Origin: Botryllus schlosseri
Taxonomy: Eukaryota
Direction: 5' to 3'
Length of the DNA stretch: 64,000 bases
NCBI GenBank assembly: GCA_051294905.1
Contig: CM119372.1
Span: 31,498,001-31,562,000 of the forward strand
Position 1 is the first letter of the stretch, and each line of letters begins with the position of its first letter. This document shows, one piece after another, positions 27,077-40,008 of the stretch. The notes under the pieces are model-generated. The model saw nothing but the letters and a program-made list of their open reading frames with translations. It searched no databases and was not told the DNA's origin. The position numbers and the translations under genes are program-made.

Positions 27077-27696
27077 CAGGGGTGTCAAACATACGGTCAC
27101 CGGGCCGCATCCATCCCACCAGATCATTTCATCCGACTCGCGAAGCAATTATGAGCAGATTTGAATAAATTCTTGTATTATCCAGCACATTTATTATTAA
27201 TGTTGTTCACAGAAGCGACAACGCCTATGCGAAACTGTCGAATCCACTTATGTGTCAGTTTTGACTCAAAAGATCCCCGGCCTCGACATAAAGTCGAAAC
27301 ACGCTACCGCGTTTATAGTCAAACTGTATTCCTCACAACGCGTACTGAGTGCCAACGCCAGATTACGACTTGAAACAAACGGAGCATAGAAATATGCCAA
27401 CTTATATCGTCGTTAAAGCCACTAGTTTAGCGGTTTATAACTGTATTCAACCGGCCAATCATCGTATTTTTGCCAATTCGATCGTTTGCAAATAGCGGCG
27501 TTATTATAGTAGATGATGCGGGATATGATATTATATACTATCACGTACGCAGGCTTGATAATCAAGTATTCACGTGAAATACACGTATATGGAGTTTGAG
27601 GTAACAATTTGAAAGAATTTGCATGGTGGGTGCGGCCCGCGAGCGATCTGAAGGTTTGAGTACGGCGCGCATCACAAATTAAGTTTGAAACCCCTG
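27077..27696. mobile_element. hAT Charlie/Buster-like MITE
   Basis: TIR CAGGGGTGTCAAAC / GTTTGAAACCCCTG, TSD ACGTAATG. Confidence 0.88.
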
Positions 27697-28452
27697 ACGT
27701 AATGAGCAGGAAATTTTTACAGTTACTAGCGCTTATTTGATGACCTTTCATGGTTAAAATTTCGCTCACTTCAAACTACGACATAGGATTATACCCAGGG
27801 TTTTTACAGGACGGGTCATTCGGCGCATGACTCTTCGCAACAGAGAGATTAAGTATATACGGATTCATAGCGGTTGAGTTAGGTGGAGTTTACAGCAGTT
27901 GTCATCGCTGTTGTATTTCTATTCCGAATCAAATACAGTCGCACACAAAAATCCAAGAACTATAGGACTCTAATTCACATGCTTGAATATACCATTCACT
28001 TTGAATGGAAACGAAAAGCTGCATGCGAAACCGGTGCACTGGTGAGACGCAGCCTACTGGCTAAAAGCTTTTCCTACAACGACCTCTCAGTACCCTGACT
28101 ATATTCATCTGTAATTTAAATCAGTTGAAGTACTACCGATTTCCTTTTGCATGTTGCGCTGCATGGCATTTTGCTCCTATACAGAACATCGTAAGTATTT
28201 CCTGTATGACTCCTACTACACTGTATGTCTCGCTGAAACAACATACGTGTTGGATAAACGTAGCCTGACATTTTGGTAACGAAAGACGGCTGGAGACTGA
28301 TTGCATAAAAAGGATTACTAGTCGTAGCCATATACGATACGGTGCCATTCGACACAAACTATCTCGTACTCATGGCCGGATTTGCTTCGAAGAACTAGAA
28401 GAGTTTCATTTTGATAGAGCACCCGTTAACGCTTATAGTTCGCCGCGTCATG

Positions 28453-29291
28453 TGTAACAGACCTCCGTCTGTAGTTGATCACAAACGATTCATCAATGCT
28501 GCAGAGACTTTATTATGCGTCCGTCCGCCGAAGCGGCCAGAGGCAAAAGAGGAAGTGAAAGCACGATGCGATAATACTACAACTGACGTAAGGGGCAGTA
28601 TAGAGCACGGCTGCCACACTATTCCCCGCCAAACTTGAGAAGTGCCTATAAAAGCACTCTCACAAACTACAATAAAAAAAAAACAGCAACATCAAAACCG
28701 ACAAGTTCAAAATCATCAACAAAATCGCAAACATCCGCATGACCGCATCACATTAGCAGAACACTAACCCTAAACTAACATCAATGAACAATTCCCTAAA
28801 CTAAAACCCTAACAACGTCGCGCCACATCAACGGGAGAGTCACATGCTCCATCCCCTATTTATAACATCGGACCGGGAGAGTCACAAGCTCCATCCCCTC
28901 CACGCGCGCTCACATCAGTTCCACCAGTGAAACAGTCATTACGAAGTGAGGCCATCAGTCAAGTCTTCAAACTTCTCACATCGATGCAAAACTGCTTCTT
29001 CAATCGGTTTAGATAGCCAATGCCGTAATTGAATTTCCGACCATCTTTCAGCATACCGGTACTGTCCAGGAATCTTCAGAATTGCAGCCAAATTGATGAA
29101 GTAACGTTTTTAGCGTGCTCGCCATTGTAACAGACCTCCGTCTGTAGTTGATCACAAACGATTCATCAATGCTGCAGAGACTTTATTATGCGTCCGTCCG
29201 CCGAAGCGGCCAGAGGCAAAAGAGGAAGTGAAAGCACGATGCGATAATACTACAACTGACGTAAGGGGCAGTATAGAGCACGGCTGCCACA
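28453..29291 (-). mobile_element. TRIM-like non-autonomous LTR retrotransposon
   Basis: Two apparently identical 166-bp TG...CA LTRs (28453-28618, 29126-29291), 4-bp TSD CATG, PBS TGGCGAGCACG and PPT GGCGGGGAATAG on the minus strand, ~510-bp interior with no recognisable gag/pol. Confidence 0.9.
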
Positions 29292-29745
29292 CATGCACCC
29301 CAGCACTTCACAAATCTGCTGATTGAAGGCTACAACAAAAAAACTCCCATCATCACTTGCTGGCTAGAATCACCGACATCATCGTAACAGTGTGACGACA
29401 CGGCCGAGTATCACCACAGCTTCTTACAGTCATACATTCATCTCTAGTCGTACTTCATATTTGCGATCGCCCGACATACTTTTTCTCTACGTAAGCTACA
29501 AGGTACGCGAAAGCTGAGCCGAACGAACCTTTACGCAGCCGACTAAACCATTATTCACGTTCGCGTTCTGTGTGTTAACCTCAGAAATTTGGAGGCTCGC
29601 GTTCGCAAACGAACCGGCGCTTCTTCGATATACCCCCGAGATCAAACAAGTGCTCACAATGACACCAATAAATGCTTTATATGAACATGTCAAAATTTAT
29701 GAACGTCAAAATAAATTGTATTTCGTGTTGGAATTAGAGTTGTGT

Positions 29746-29865
29746 AATATCCCCTCTCCCCAACCCTAATATTCCCCTCTCCCCCAATCCTAATATCCAC
29801 CCTCCCCCAACCCTAATATTCCCCTCCCCCAACCCTAATATCCTCCTTCCCCCAACCCTAATATC
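29746..29865. repeat. Minisatellite, ~5 x 23-bp TAATATCCCCTCTCCCCCAACCC-like unit
   Basis: Direct tandem copies visible in the sequence. Confidence 0.85.
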
Positions 29866-30089
29866 ATGTTCTTATATGTTTATTGCATCAGAAAAACCAA
29901 AACCGTTCGATTGGGGTGTTGGCTACCGCATACCTTAGTTATGAGGTGATATCTATAGCAATTGTAAAAATTTCATTCTGATGAAATGAATGTAGCAATA
30001 GTCTGACGCAAGATATTGATTTTATGGAATTATTACAGCATTTGATTGTTCCAGTCATAATACATTTGGTGATGGTGAATAATAATTAG

Positions 30090-31284
30090 TAGGGCGATTT
30101 TTTTTTGACATGTCAAAAAAAGTCAAAATAAGGTCAAAATTTTAGCGTTAGGTCAAAAAATGTCAAAATTGGCAACATTTTTCGCACCCTGCATTTTATT
30201 TGTATCGTAGATTTTGCGCAATCGGTGAACTTATCGTTTGACATTTTACAGTTTGTAGCCTACTTTATAGGCCTACCGTGGCAGACGGCGCATTGTCTGC
30301 TCGTTGTGAATCATAAACAGTCAAATGAAACAAATAGGTTGACACGGTGTTATGCTCAGCGTACCGAAATATTCTAAGTGAAGCAAGACTGCGTGGGCAT
30401 TGCATGGTTCTTACAAAAATTGCAATGTATACCATTGTCAGAATGAAGCAACACGGTGTGTCACCAGCAGTGTACGCACGCACAACTTCAGTGTTGCCAG
30501 CCAATAGCTGCTACAGTTGAACGTTCTTTCTCCATTCTTCTTGCTGTTGTTGTTTGTATATTCATGGTGTTTGTCGACTACAATGGTCATTTACACCAGG
30601 CCGATATTCCTTATTTTCGATTCCGTATCCGCCGAGTATCTGCCGACTTGCAGCACGGCCCACTTCTATGCTTTTTATAAGACACCGCTTATGCAGATGA
30701 GATGGCGAGGAGGAGCCTAGATAAACCTCCAACACAGGTAGGAATTCTGGAGTCGACCTCGGTCGGACTAGAACCTAAAACCCTTTGGTGTTGTAGCTGT
30801 GGATTATCCCACTACGCTATCTCGCCACATCTTCATCCTTGGCAAGCTACTTAGTAAAGACAGACACTTTTTACCCGAGAATCAGGGGTATCTAGAACTA
30901 GATATCTAGATATCCCGGCCGAGAATGCAGGAAAGTATCTTTCGTTGTACTACAACAAATTTTAATTATTTTCACCATAGTACATCATGTACTGGAATTC
31001 ATCATAGGGCCAAATTTTGTTAAAATAATGTTTCGTCATGTAAAAATTTGTCAGTTTTTGAGTCAAACAAGTTTTTCAGGGAAAACTACTTCGTAGGGAC
31101 CGACAATTCAAACCAGAAATGAGGATAAGTAGTACAATTCTAACATTTTTTGGGAAAACACCTAATTTGCATACGTTAGGTCAAAATTTGGTCAAAATTT
31201 ACTTTTTTAAGGTCAAAAAATGTCAAAATTTAGATTTTTTAGGTCAAAATCTTTCGTTTTTTAGGTAAAAAAAAAATCGCCCTA
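30090..31284. mobile_element. hAT derivative with GTCAAAA repeats, containing a SINE
   Basis: TIR TAGGGCGATTTTTT / AAAAATCGCCCTA, TSD ATAATTAG, internal AATVERSFS hAT dimerisation-like relic. Confidence 0.85.
30535..30826 (-). mobile_element. tRNA-derived SINE
   Basis: Head GGCGAGATAGCGTAGTGG (A box) and GGTTCTAGTCC (B box), A-rich tail. Homologous to the copies at 44655 and 54717. Confidence 0.8.
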
Positions 31285-34200
31285 ATAATTAGGCATATAT
31301 TTATATGTTACTCGAATGCTCCCATAATGTGTCCTAAGTCGTCGCTATATAGGTATCGTGTACTACATGCACATTGATGTAGCCTACTACCTTACGGAAA
31401 TGCAGTGTTGAAATTAGCATCGTAACGTCACGTGGCGTCATAGGTTCGTGTTCATGTTCGCATTCACATACAACCTTTGAAAAAGGTTCACGTTCACACG
31501 AACCGGTACCTTGCAGTTCGCACCAACCCTACGCCGGTTTATTGTCAAGGCAGGAACGCGAGTTCCTCATACAGCAGCAGAAAACAAGGAATAAACACCA
31601 AAACACGGGGTCAGAATAGCACGTGCACAGTAACGAAAAGGGGCAGCACTAAAGGCTGATGTCTAGCACAATCAATTAATCATCAATCAGTCACTTTACA
31701 ACACTAATTATACCCCGAACCGGAACACCTCGACGTCGAATCACATCATGTCAATTCTTTCGTTATCACTTGTACTTTTTCGCCGCAAACTTATACATCT
31801 GTCAATATGATTTATATATTAGATTCGATAAGTGAGTGAGCCAGTGGCGCAGCGTTCTAAGCGACACCGTCACGACGCCAAATGGTCGTTGGTTCCACTC
31901 TGCCAAATTTCTATGTGTCGGAGGTTTATCTTGGCTCCTCATCTCCAATGTTCCCTCTAAGCTGCGCGCATACAAACAAAAAATCCACCTGTTGTTTAAA
32001 ACATAAGTGATCACTATATCTTTCGCAGAAAGCACTGATGATCATCAGACCAAATTGACGACCATTTCAGTTGTACAAATGTACATCACTAATTTGCAGT
32101 GTTGGGGTCAAGTCACTACCTTCGAGTCACGAGTCATTTCGAGTCATTGCACATTTTGACTCGAGTCAAGTCCAGGGTTGTAACCAAGTCACAAGGCTCC
32201 GAGTCACAAGTCAATCTCACTTCTATATTTTTGACTCGAGTCAAGTCGAGTCATTTTCAATTCCCACCGAGTCAAGTCCGAGTCCAAGTCAGCGAACAGA
32301 GGATCGAGTCCGAGTCATGGTATTATGACTCGAGTCCGAGTCCAAGTCATTGCGTTGACTGATCAGTTTTCAGTTAAAGTGTTCCTACACCCACTTTTTA
32401 AACTCTGTTTGGTGATATTGAATGGTTCGCATTTATAATATATCAATTTTCCTCACTTTTAGCAGTTTCTGGTCGCATTTTCAAGCACCAGTACCAACAA
32501 ACGAAATCCCAATAATGTGTTGGCTTCGAAATTACAATGAAATGTCGGTCTCGGCCGTCTGAATCTCGAGTCAATGACTTGCTTTGAGTCATGCGCAATG
32601 ACTCGAGTCCAAGTCGAGTCAATACCAGACATGGGGTGATTACTTCATGAATGTAATCGATTGCGATTACGATTACTTCCGAATGACGCGATTACGATTA
32701 CGATTACGATTACAGCAAAATCAGGAAGTAGTCGATTACGATTACGATTACATTTATTTTGCATTTTAGAAGTTATATTGAAAGACAATGTATGGATTGC
32801 GCTGAAAAGGCCTAATGATATAACAAACTTCCTTTAAAAAAGATGCGTATTTTGCTTGTTACGTCATAATGTACCAATTGCCCATTTTTATAGAGGACGA
32901 TTTATCGCACCCAACGATTTGCATTCTTTCCAGGTCCATGACGGCCGCACCCCGAATTTCCCAATAGGGTGGGGAGCGAGCTCGAAGAGGACTCAAGAGT
33001 ATTTCGTAAACCAACGTAAATTATAGAGTATTCTCGAGACATTTAATTAACTTGAAAATTCTTTCTCGAAAAGCTTGATTTTGGAATGCATACGTCTCCC
33101 ACTCAACAAAAAAGCATACATAATTTATAGTAGGTTTGCATTTAAAACAAATGGTTGTTTAAAACAAATTGTTTGAAACATGTTTTAAACAGTATTTTAA
33201 ACAAAGGCTTAAAAGAATAAATTGTGTTTTTCAAGTTATAAAATTATGCCATAATTGTGTCAATGCTTTCCACAATTACCACACGATTTGGCCGACGTAC
33301 ATCGATATGTGATGGTTGGAACCCCTCAAAATAGTCGGTTCAACAGTTATAGTACAGATATTTCGTCAAAGGAGCTTGTGCGTGCGCCTCACGAAAGTTT
33401 TTCTTTTAGCCTGCTACGTTAGGGATACAGCAATATCTTTTGTCACGAATTAACAACATACACTAAAGTAATTATAACAAGATAACAGATGTTTTAATTA
33501 TCACTACGTGACCCCTACTCTCCAGGTAAATCCGACCATCGGGGGCAGAGAGAGAGAGAGGGATGAAAATTAATAACAATAAAATGCGATTACCAATATC
33601 ATTGACGAAATTCAGTCTTCAACTTGAAATTATCACCGTATGGGGGCCAAGGACCAATGTTTGGACTGGGGGACGAATAGCTGTTTTGGTCCTTATTCTA
33701 GCTACAACCCACGCCGTCATGATATATAAACCCATGGCTATGGCGGCAGGTCCCAGGGCTGTGGAGTCGGAGTCGGAGTCGGTGGAGTCGGAGTCGGAGT
33801 CTGGGTAATTTTCGCTTGATGGAGTCGGAGTCGGAGTCGTGAAAACTATAATAGCTGGAGTCGGAGTCGGAGTCGGAGTCGTGGGGAATATACTGACTGG
33901 AGTCGGAGTTTGTGAGAATGACCCTGACTTCGACTCCGACTCCAACTTCTCTATCATGAAAACATTTGCTTTCAAAGAATTTTCGAAAGAATTTTTATGT
34001 ACCACCTATCACTATTATTAATAACCATACAAATCAGGTACGGCCAGCCCGTGGCACGCAGGCCAAATTTGGCACACGAGAAGGTTAGGTGTGGCCTGCG
34101 AGGTAATTCTCGAAATTATTTATGACATCAGTTACAATTGCAAGGCCAACCAAAATTTGATTAGCATGACTGTGAAATTTGATGATGACTAAAACAACAG

Positions 34201-35617
34201 TTCTGACGCATTGACGTATCCAGGGGCCAGCCACATTTATCCCAGATATTCGTATATGACCATAAAGTAGAATATTTCATTGCAGATTTATTTGACTTGA
34301 AAATTTTTCTCGGTACTTCGCATGATTCATTGTCACTAGATTTCCTGCATTCAGTATTTGAGCCCCCTCCTAAAAATTATAAATACATATTATTCACAGA
34401 ATTGAGTCTAACTATATTCGCAGTTGGGAGATAACGTGTCGTCCAACATGCGGCTTCGCTTGTGCACTCGCAGCGAGATCGTCGACAAAACATTTGCACA
34501 AAATGATAGAGGCATGTTCACTGATACCGTCGATTTTGCTATGTCTAAACGTCGAATAATCCTGCCCTTGCCAAATGAGCCCAGTGGTATACAGATGCGA
34601 CCCGCAATGTATATTAGCAACATATTTATTGATATAATTCAGTCATTATCTTGCAAAATAATTTCGCGCTTCGCGCAACCAGGGCCTGATTCCGCACTGC
34701 ACAGTTGCATGACATATTGTTATCAATTTTAGAGCGTATTAATATAAGTCTTGTTTGCAATGATACCTAATTCGGTTCGCTTCTATCGGACGACTAAAAA
34801 AAGGTTATCAACATTCCAGTTGCCCGCGCAATGGTTCGTAAATCTCATGTGTCCCTTTGGCCGAAAAAGTTGCCCACCTCTGATATAGACAAAATTAGAC
34901 ATTACTTGCAAATTACGACTCAGTTGCACAGGGGAAGAAAATCGCAATATGCGTTTTCGCGATGCAGTCAAAATTGATGCAATTTTTGGAATTATACCAT
35001 GATACCGTGACAGAGCAAATGCATCGGCTGGTTTTGTAAAATTGTAAAAATGATGTAAAGATGACCAAACGATGCTTCCCACTTGACAAAATTAAAAATA
35101 TTTGTATTGTAGCTTAGCTGTTTGGGTCGAACATATGATTAAGAAAGACTGCAAGTCCCAATCCTTGAATACTTCATTAAGTACATGTAGACTAGACACA
35201 TAGGCTATGGTCTTTGGCTACTTAACTAAGCTCCATTTATGACCAATGTCTATTAGTAGTAAGAGTGTGTGTTCTTGTAATCAGGATAGTGTGCAATGAC
35301 AAAATTAGTGAGTTCAATCTCTTTATTAGTTGCTGACTCATACACAAAAGCTACACTTGGATTTTTTAACTACATTTTTATTATACAGGATTGGATATCT
35401 GCCATATTTGAATGATTCATACATTTCAGGATATCAGAGAGCCCATGTTATAAAAACTGGAAAAAGGAAGGATATTTAGCAAATCTTTCTTTCATTTTAA
35501 TTGCAGTGGATAATTCGAGCTGTGCCACAATCAAACAATTGAATATGCCACCGTTAATCATATGTCTGCATATGTTTAATGCTTTCAATACAATATCCAT
35601 TGTAGAATAATATTTAT

Positions 35618-35656
35618 TAACTCGAAGACTTTTCGGGTGCCTCTTTTCAAGAGTTA
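35618..35656 (-). ncRNA. Minimal type I hammerhead ribozyme-like motif in the PLE terminal region
   Basis: TAACTC-TTGAAAA-GAGGCACCC-GAAA-AGTCT-TC-GAGTTA: 6-bp helix I, core with U3:A8 in place of C3:G8, GAAA, near-palindromic helix III, UUC cleavage triplet. Confidence 0.65.
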
Positions 35657-36047
35657 TCGGCACACTAAAGGGATTTAAACAGATTTAAAAGCAAAACCAA
35701 AAAGGCAAAGTATGACGCAACAATCAAAATCACAAACCATGAAATTCGCATTGTACCAATGGCAACAATAACAAACTATGAAGTATACGGACATACGGTA
35801 CTATAGTAGCAGCACAATTTGTAAATGAACAATTACACGCTCGGAACAACACGCACTAATGAGAAATTTGTAGGTTATAGAGGAAATCTTTTTGTCTGCA
35901 TAAAATAGGTTTGCTCAACTGAATAATAGTAGACTCCAACACTTTTAAATGAAACACAGACCTTGGAGTATTTGGTTGTATTAAGCATTGGAGTATTTGG
36001 TTGTTATAAGATTTAACTAAAACACTACTAGTCCTACGTTAAATACT

Positions 36048-36950
36048 ATGATGAAGTCCTGTGACAAGCCCACTGGGTCTTCTGCTGGACATGGAAGCAA
36101 ACAAAAGTCTGCCAACAATTCTAGTGTGACTACCGGTACCCTACACCAGAGCGTACTGCAGCAAATTCGTACGGAACTTCCAACTATTATCAAGAACTGT
36201 CTTGAAGAAGTTTGCAAAGAAGGAAACTTCCATTTATCCAATCCTGATCTACAAAAATCTCTTTTGGAAGTCAATTCATCCATCAAAGATCTGAAATTAG
36301 AGCTGGACGAAATAAAAAGAAGTCAGAACTTTATTACCGATAAATTTGATGAATTCGAAAAGCGAATTGAAATCAACTCAATAACATTGAAAGATAACAA
36401 AAAGCTCATCAAAGATCACGAAGAAATGATACAAAGTCAATCTGCAGTAATTGAAAAACTAACCAATAAAATGGAAGAAATGGATCGTCAATGCAGAATG
36501 GATATACTGGAATTTCATGGGATTGCAGCAACTCAAAAAGAGGATACTAACTCCTTGATCAATGAAGTCGTATCCAAATTGAATATTACCTTGAGCGAAT
36601 CCGACATTTCGTACTCACATCGAAAATTTCGTGCTGATGAGACTTCATCCAAGCCTCCACCAATAATAGTCAAGTTTTCCTCCAGAAAAATCCGAAACAA
36701 TGTTTATTCAAGCCGCCATAACCTAAAAAATTCGACCGACACACCAAGGATTCCTGACATGGACAAAGTCTTCATTATTGAAAACCTGACTGAAAAGAAC
36801 CGCCAACTCTTCTTCGATGCCAGGAAATTGAAAAGGGATCATGGCTACTCATACCTCTGGACAAAGTTTGGAAGAGTTCTGGTGAGAAAGAATGATGATG
36901 CATCGATTCTTCAAGTATGCAATGAAAGTGACTTACAGAAGATCAAGTGA
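36048..36950 (+). CDS. LINE ORF1 (coiled coil plus L1-type RRM/CTD-like)
   Basis: Heptad region, then LEFHGI...DISYSHR...PPIIVKF...FIIENLT...WTKFGRVLVRK. Confidence 0.88.
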   Translation: MMKSCDKPTGSSAGHGSKQKSANNSSVTTGTLHQSVLQQIRTELPTIIKNCLEEVCKEGNFHLSNPDLQKSLLEVNSSIKDLKLELDEIKRSQNFITDKFDEFEKRIEINSITLKDNKKLIKDHEEMIQSQSAVIEKLTNKMEEMDRQCRMDILEFHGIAATQKEDTNSLINEVVSKLNITLSESDISYSHRKFRADETSSKPPPIIVKFSSRKIRNNVYSSRHNLKNSTDTPRIPDMDKVFIIENLTEKNRQLFFDARKLKRDHGYSYLWTKFGRVLVRKNDDASILQVCNESDLQKIK

Positions 36951-36993
36951 CTTCAGTACAGATGTCCATTTTATCAAGAAATAACTCTCAAAG

Positions 36994-39900
36994 ATGTCCT
37001 CTACATCATCACGACATGATACGGTAATTGCTATTCCTCATGATAATCAAATGTTAGACATTTCCAAATTTAACTTCAGCAATGTATTTGAGTGTTACTC
37101 CTCCGACATTGATGACATTGCACATAAACTGGATGACATAGGGCACCGTGAAAAAGTTACTCTAATGCACCTCAACCTTAGATCTCTAGCTAGTCATATT
37201 GATGACCTTAGCGACATGATTTATAGCCTGCATAATGCACCATCTATTATAGGAATATCCGAAACTAAGTTACCCAATACAGATGCTCCTGATCTTAATC
37301 TTGACGGTTTCGATTTCTATCATTCACCATCCCCCACAAATGCTGGTGGTGTCGGCCTCTACATAAAATCGACTTATCCAGTTTCGCTGACAGATACTTA
37401 TGACCTAGATGTTCATGGTGTAGAGCAAATATGGGCCAAAATAGCTCATCCTATCGGCAATTCGCCCTCTTTCATAGTTGGTGTTATCTATAGACATCCA
37501 AGTCACTCCTTCTCAGATTTCTCTGCGGAACTGAGCCGCACATTGTCATTACTAAATTCTCAAATGAAAACTTTTTTCATCCTCGGAGACTTGAATATCA
37601 ACTTACTATCTACTACAACGGGAACTCTTGACCATTTGAATATTTTGAACTCTCACGGTACGACTCCTCTTATCACTTTACCGACTCGAGTAACTCATCA
37701 CTCTGCAACACTACTTGATCACATATACACCAACCTAACTGCGTGCCCTATTCATCCTCTGGTTATCCGGAATGATCTTACAGACCATTATCCAGTTTTG
37801 GCCGATGTTGTTACCAAATCTCCACCATTTAAAAGTAGTTATGTTTATAAAAGACTACCTACAATGGAGTCCAAGACTTCATTATTAGTTGAATCATTCG
37901 ACTATTTTCCTGGTAATGATCTACAGCCGCTCACCAAAGAAAATCTTGATGCTCAGTTTGAGAGCTTTCTATCTCAGATCACTGACCTAATCAACAAACA
38001 CATTCCTATCCAGCGCCTTACACGTAGACAACGCAAGTTACATCTCAAACCCTGGATCACTCCAGGTATTCTGCGCTCCATTAAGAAAAGGAATAAACTT
38101 CATCGTATATGGATCACAAATGGTATTGAATTAGACCGAATCAAGTATAAAACATATGCAAATAAATTAAACCAGATCAAATTCAAGGCAAAAAAATCAT
38201 ACTTTCACAAATATTTCAATCAACATAGCTCAAACCAAAAACAGATGTGGCGTGGGATAAAGAATCTCATCAATCCTTGCTCACATAAATCAACCAAACC
38301 ATCCCAAATTATCGATGAAAATGGGCTGGTGATATCTGATCCTGCATCTATAGCATCCACTTTCAACAAATATTTTACATCAATTGGTCCAAATCTTGCT
38401 TTGAAGTGTAAAAATTCGCACAACAGATGCATCTTGCCTCCATTCCAGAGCAATGCTAACAGCATGTTCATGGTGCCTGCCAATGAACCAGAAATACATG
38501 ATATAATTAGAAATATGAAGGGTGGGAAGGCAGAGGGTTACGATAAGTTACCAGTTGAGCTGCTCAAAGTAATAACACCAGCTATTACACCATACATCTG
38601 CCACTTCTTCAATCAGTGTGTAGAAAATGGAATTTTCCCTAACTCACTTAAAATTGCAAGGGTGGCTCCAGTTTATAAAAAAGGGGACAAAAGTGATATG
38701 TCTAACTATAGGCCTATATCCATCTTATCTTGCATGGCTATAGTGTTTGAGAAGCTCATCCATACACGTCTATATAAGTACTTTGAACCTCTACTGTACC
38801 CTAACCAATTTGGCTTTCGTACCAACTGCAATACTAACCAAGCAGTACTCAACCTTCTTCTTCAATATTATTCAACAATATCTAAAAATGAAATTGGCTG
38901 TAGTATTTTTCTGGACCTTCAAAAAGCTTTTGACACAGTAAACCACAGCTTTTTACTCGATAAACTATTTCGATATGGGGTGAGAGGCTCTCAGCACAAT
39001 CTAATAAAATCTTATCTATCAAACCGCATGCAATATGTTGATGATCTATCTTCTGTCAAGTCTGCTTCATCGTTAGTTACCTGTGGCATCCCACAAGGAT
39101 CGGTCCTTGGACCGTTACTGTTCAATATATACTTGAACGACTTGATCGCATGCTCTCCTTTTCACACGACACTTTTTGCGGATGACACATGCTTGTATGT
39201 CTCGGCTTCCTCTCTTCCAATCTTGCAAGAATTAGTTCACACTCAAATGCATCGAATAAGTTCCTGGATGAATGCGAACAAGCTACTCATAAATCCGTCT
39301 AAAACACAAATTCTAATCATTAACCGAAAGCCTAGTCCCGTTACATTCTTCTCTCCATTTTTGAATCTGAATAATACAAATGTGAACCCCATCTCCTGTG
39401 TGAAGTACCTTGGAATTCACATTGACGATAATTTATCATGGAAATCCCATATCGATAAAATTACTACGAAACTTTCCAGGGTTGTAGGGATTTTTTCTCG
39501 TCTAAGACACAGTCTCCCAAGACCTGTGCTTAGAAATTTATATTTCTCACTCTTTCATAGCCAGCTCAGTTATGGCATAGTCTTCTGGGGACTTAGCTGC
39601 AAAACGTACTATTCGAAAATCGAAGTACTTCAAAATTTGGCAATTAAATACATCAGTGCTATGAAAGAACGGGAACGACTCTCCCCCAAATATAAATCCC
39701 TGAACATTTTGAAAGTAAAGGACCTTTGCACTCTGGAGGTTGCTAAATTGATGTATAAGTATGATCGAGGTGATCTCCCAAGTTTGTTTAGTGATATGTT
39801 CACGCCATCTAGTGTCGTACATCCACACCGTACTCGGTCTTCGACTTCAAAAAAATTATTTGTATCTCGTGTGACGAATAGTAAGTGCCGCAGATCAATC

Positions 39901-40008
39901 ATATATCATGGACCAAAAATATGGAATGACATTCCTTTAGCCATGAGGGAAATGTCTTTTTCAGCCTTTTGTCGCGAATTTAAATCTCATTTACTCTTGT
40001 CATATTGA
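36994..40008 (+). CDS. LINE ORF2: APE endonuclease plus reverse transcriptase
   Basis: HLNLRSL, ISET, GDLN, LDHIY, TDH (APE); NYRPIS, DLQKAFD, GIPQGSVLGPLLF, FADD, YLG (RT). Uninterrupted 1004 aa. Confidence 0.96.
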   Translation: MSSTSSRHDTVIAIPHDNQMLDISKFNFSNVFECYSSDIDDIAHKLDDIGHREKVTLMHLNLRSLASHIDDLSDMIYSLHNAPSIIGISETKLPNTDAPDLNLDGFDFYHSPSPTNAGGVGLYIKSTYPVSLTDTYDLDVHGVEQIWAKIAHPIGNSPSFIVGVIYRHPSHSFSDFSAELSRTLSLLNSQMKTFFILGDLNINLLSTTTGTLDHLNILNSHGTTPLITLPTRVTHHSATLLDHIYTNLTACPIHPLVIRNDLTDHYPVLADVVTKSPPFKSSYVYKRLPTMESKTSLLVESFDYFPGNDLQPLTKENLDAQFESFLSQITDLINKHIPIQRLTRRQRKLHLKPWITPGILRSIKKRNKLHRIWITNGIELDRIKYKTYANKLNQIKFKAKKSYFHKYFNQHSSNQKQMWRGIKNLINPCSHKSTKPSQIIDENGLVISDPASIASTFNKYFTSIGPNLALKCKNSHNRCILPPFQSNANSMFMVPANEPEIHDIIRNMKGGKAEGYDKLPVELLKVITPAITPYICHFFNQCVENGIFPNSLKIARVAPVYKKGDKSDMSNYRPISILSCMAIVFEKLIHTRLYKYFEPLLYPNQFGFRTNCNTNQAVLNLLLQYYSTISKNEIGCSIFLDLQKAFDTVNHSFLLDKLFRYGVRGSQHNLIKSYLSNRMQYVDDLSSVKSASSLVTCGIPQGSVLGPLLFNIYLNDLIACSPFHTTLFADDTCLYVSASSLPILQELVHTQMHRISSWMNANKLLINPSKTQILIINRKPSPVTFFSPFLNLNNTNVNPISCVKYLGIHIDDNLSWKSHIDKITTKLSRVVGIFSRLRHSLPRPVLRNLYFSLFHSQLSYGIVFWGLSCKTYYSKIEVLQNLAIKYISAMKERERLSPKYKSLNILKVKDLCTLEVAKLMYKYDRGDLPSLFSDMFTPSSVVHPHRTRSSTSKKLFVSRVTNSKCRRSIIYHGPKIWNDIPLAMREMSFSAFCREFKSHLLLSY

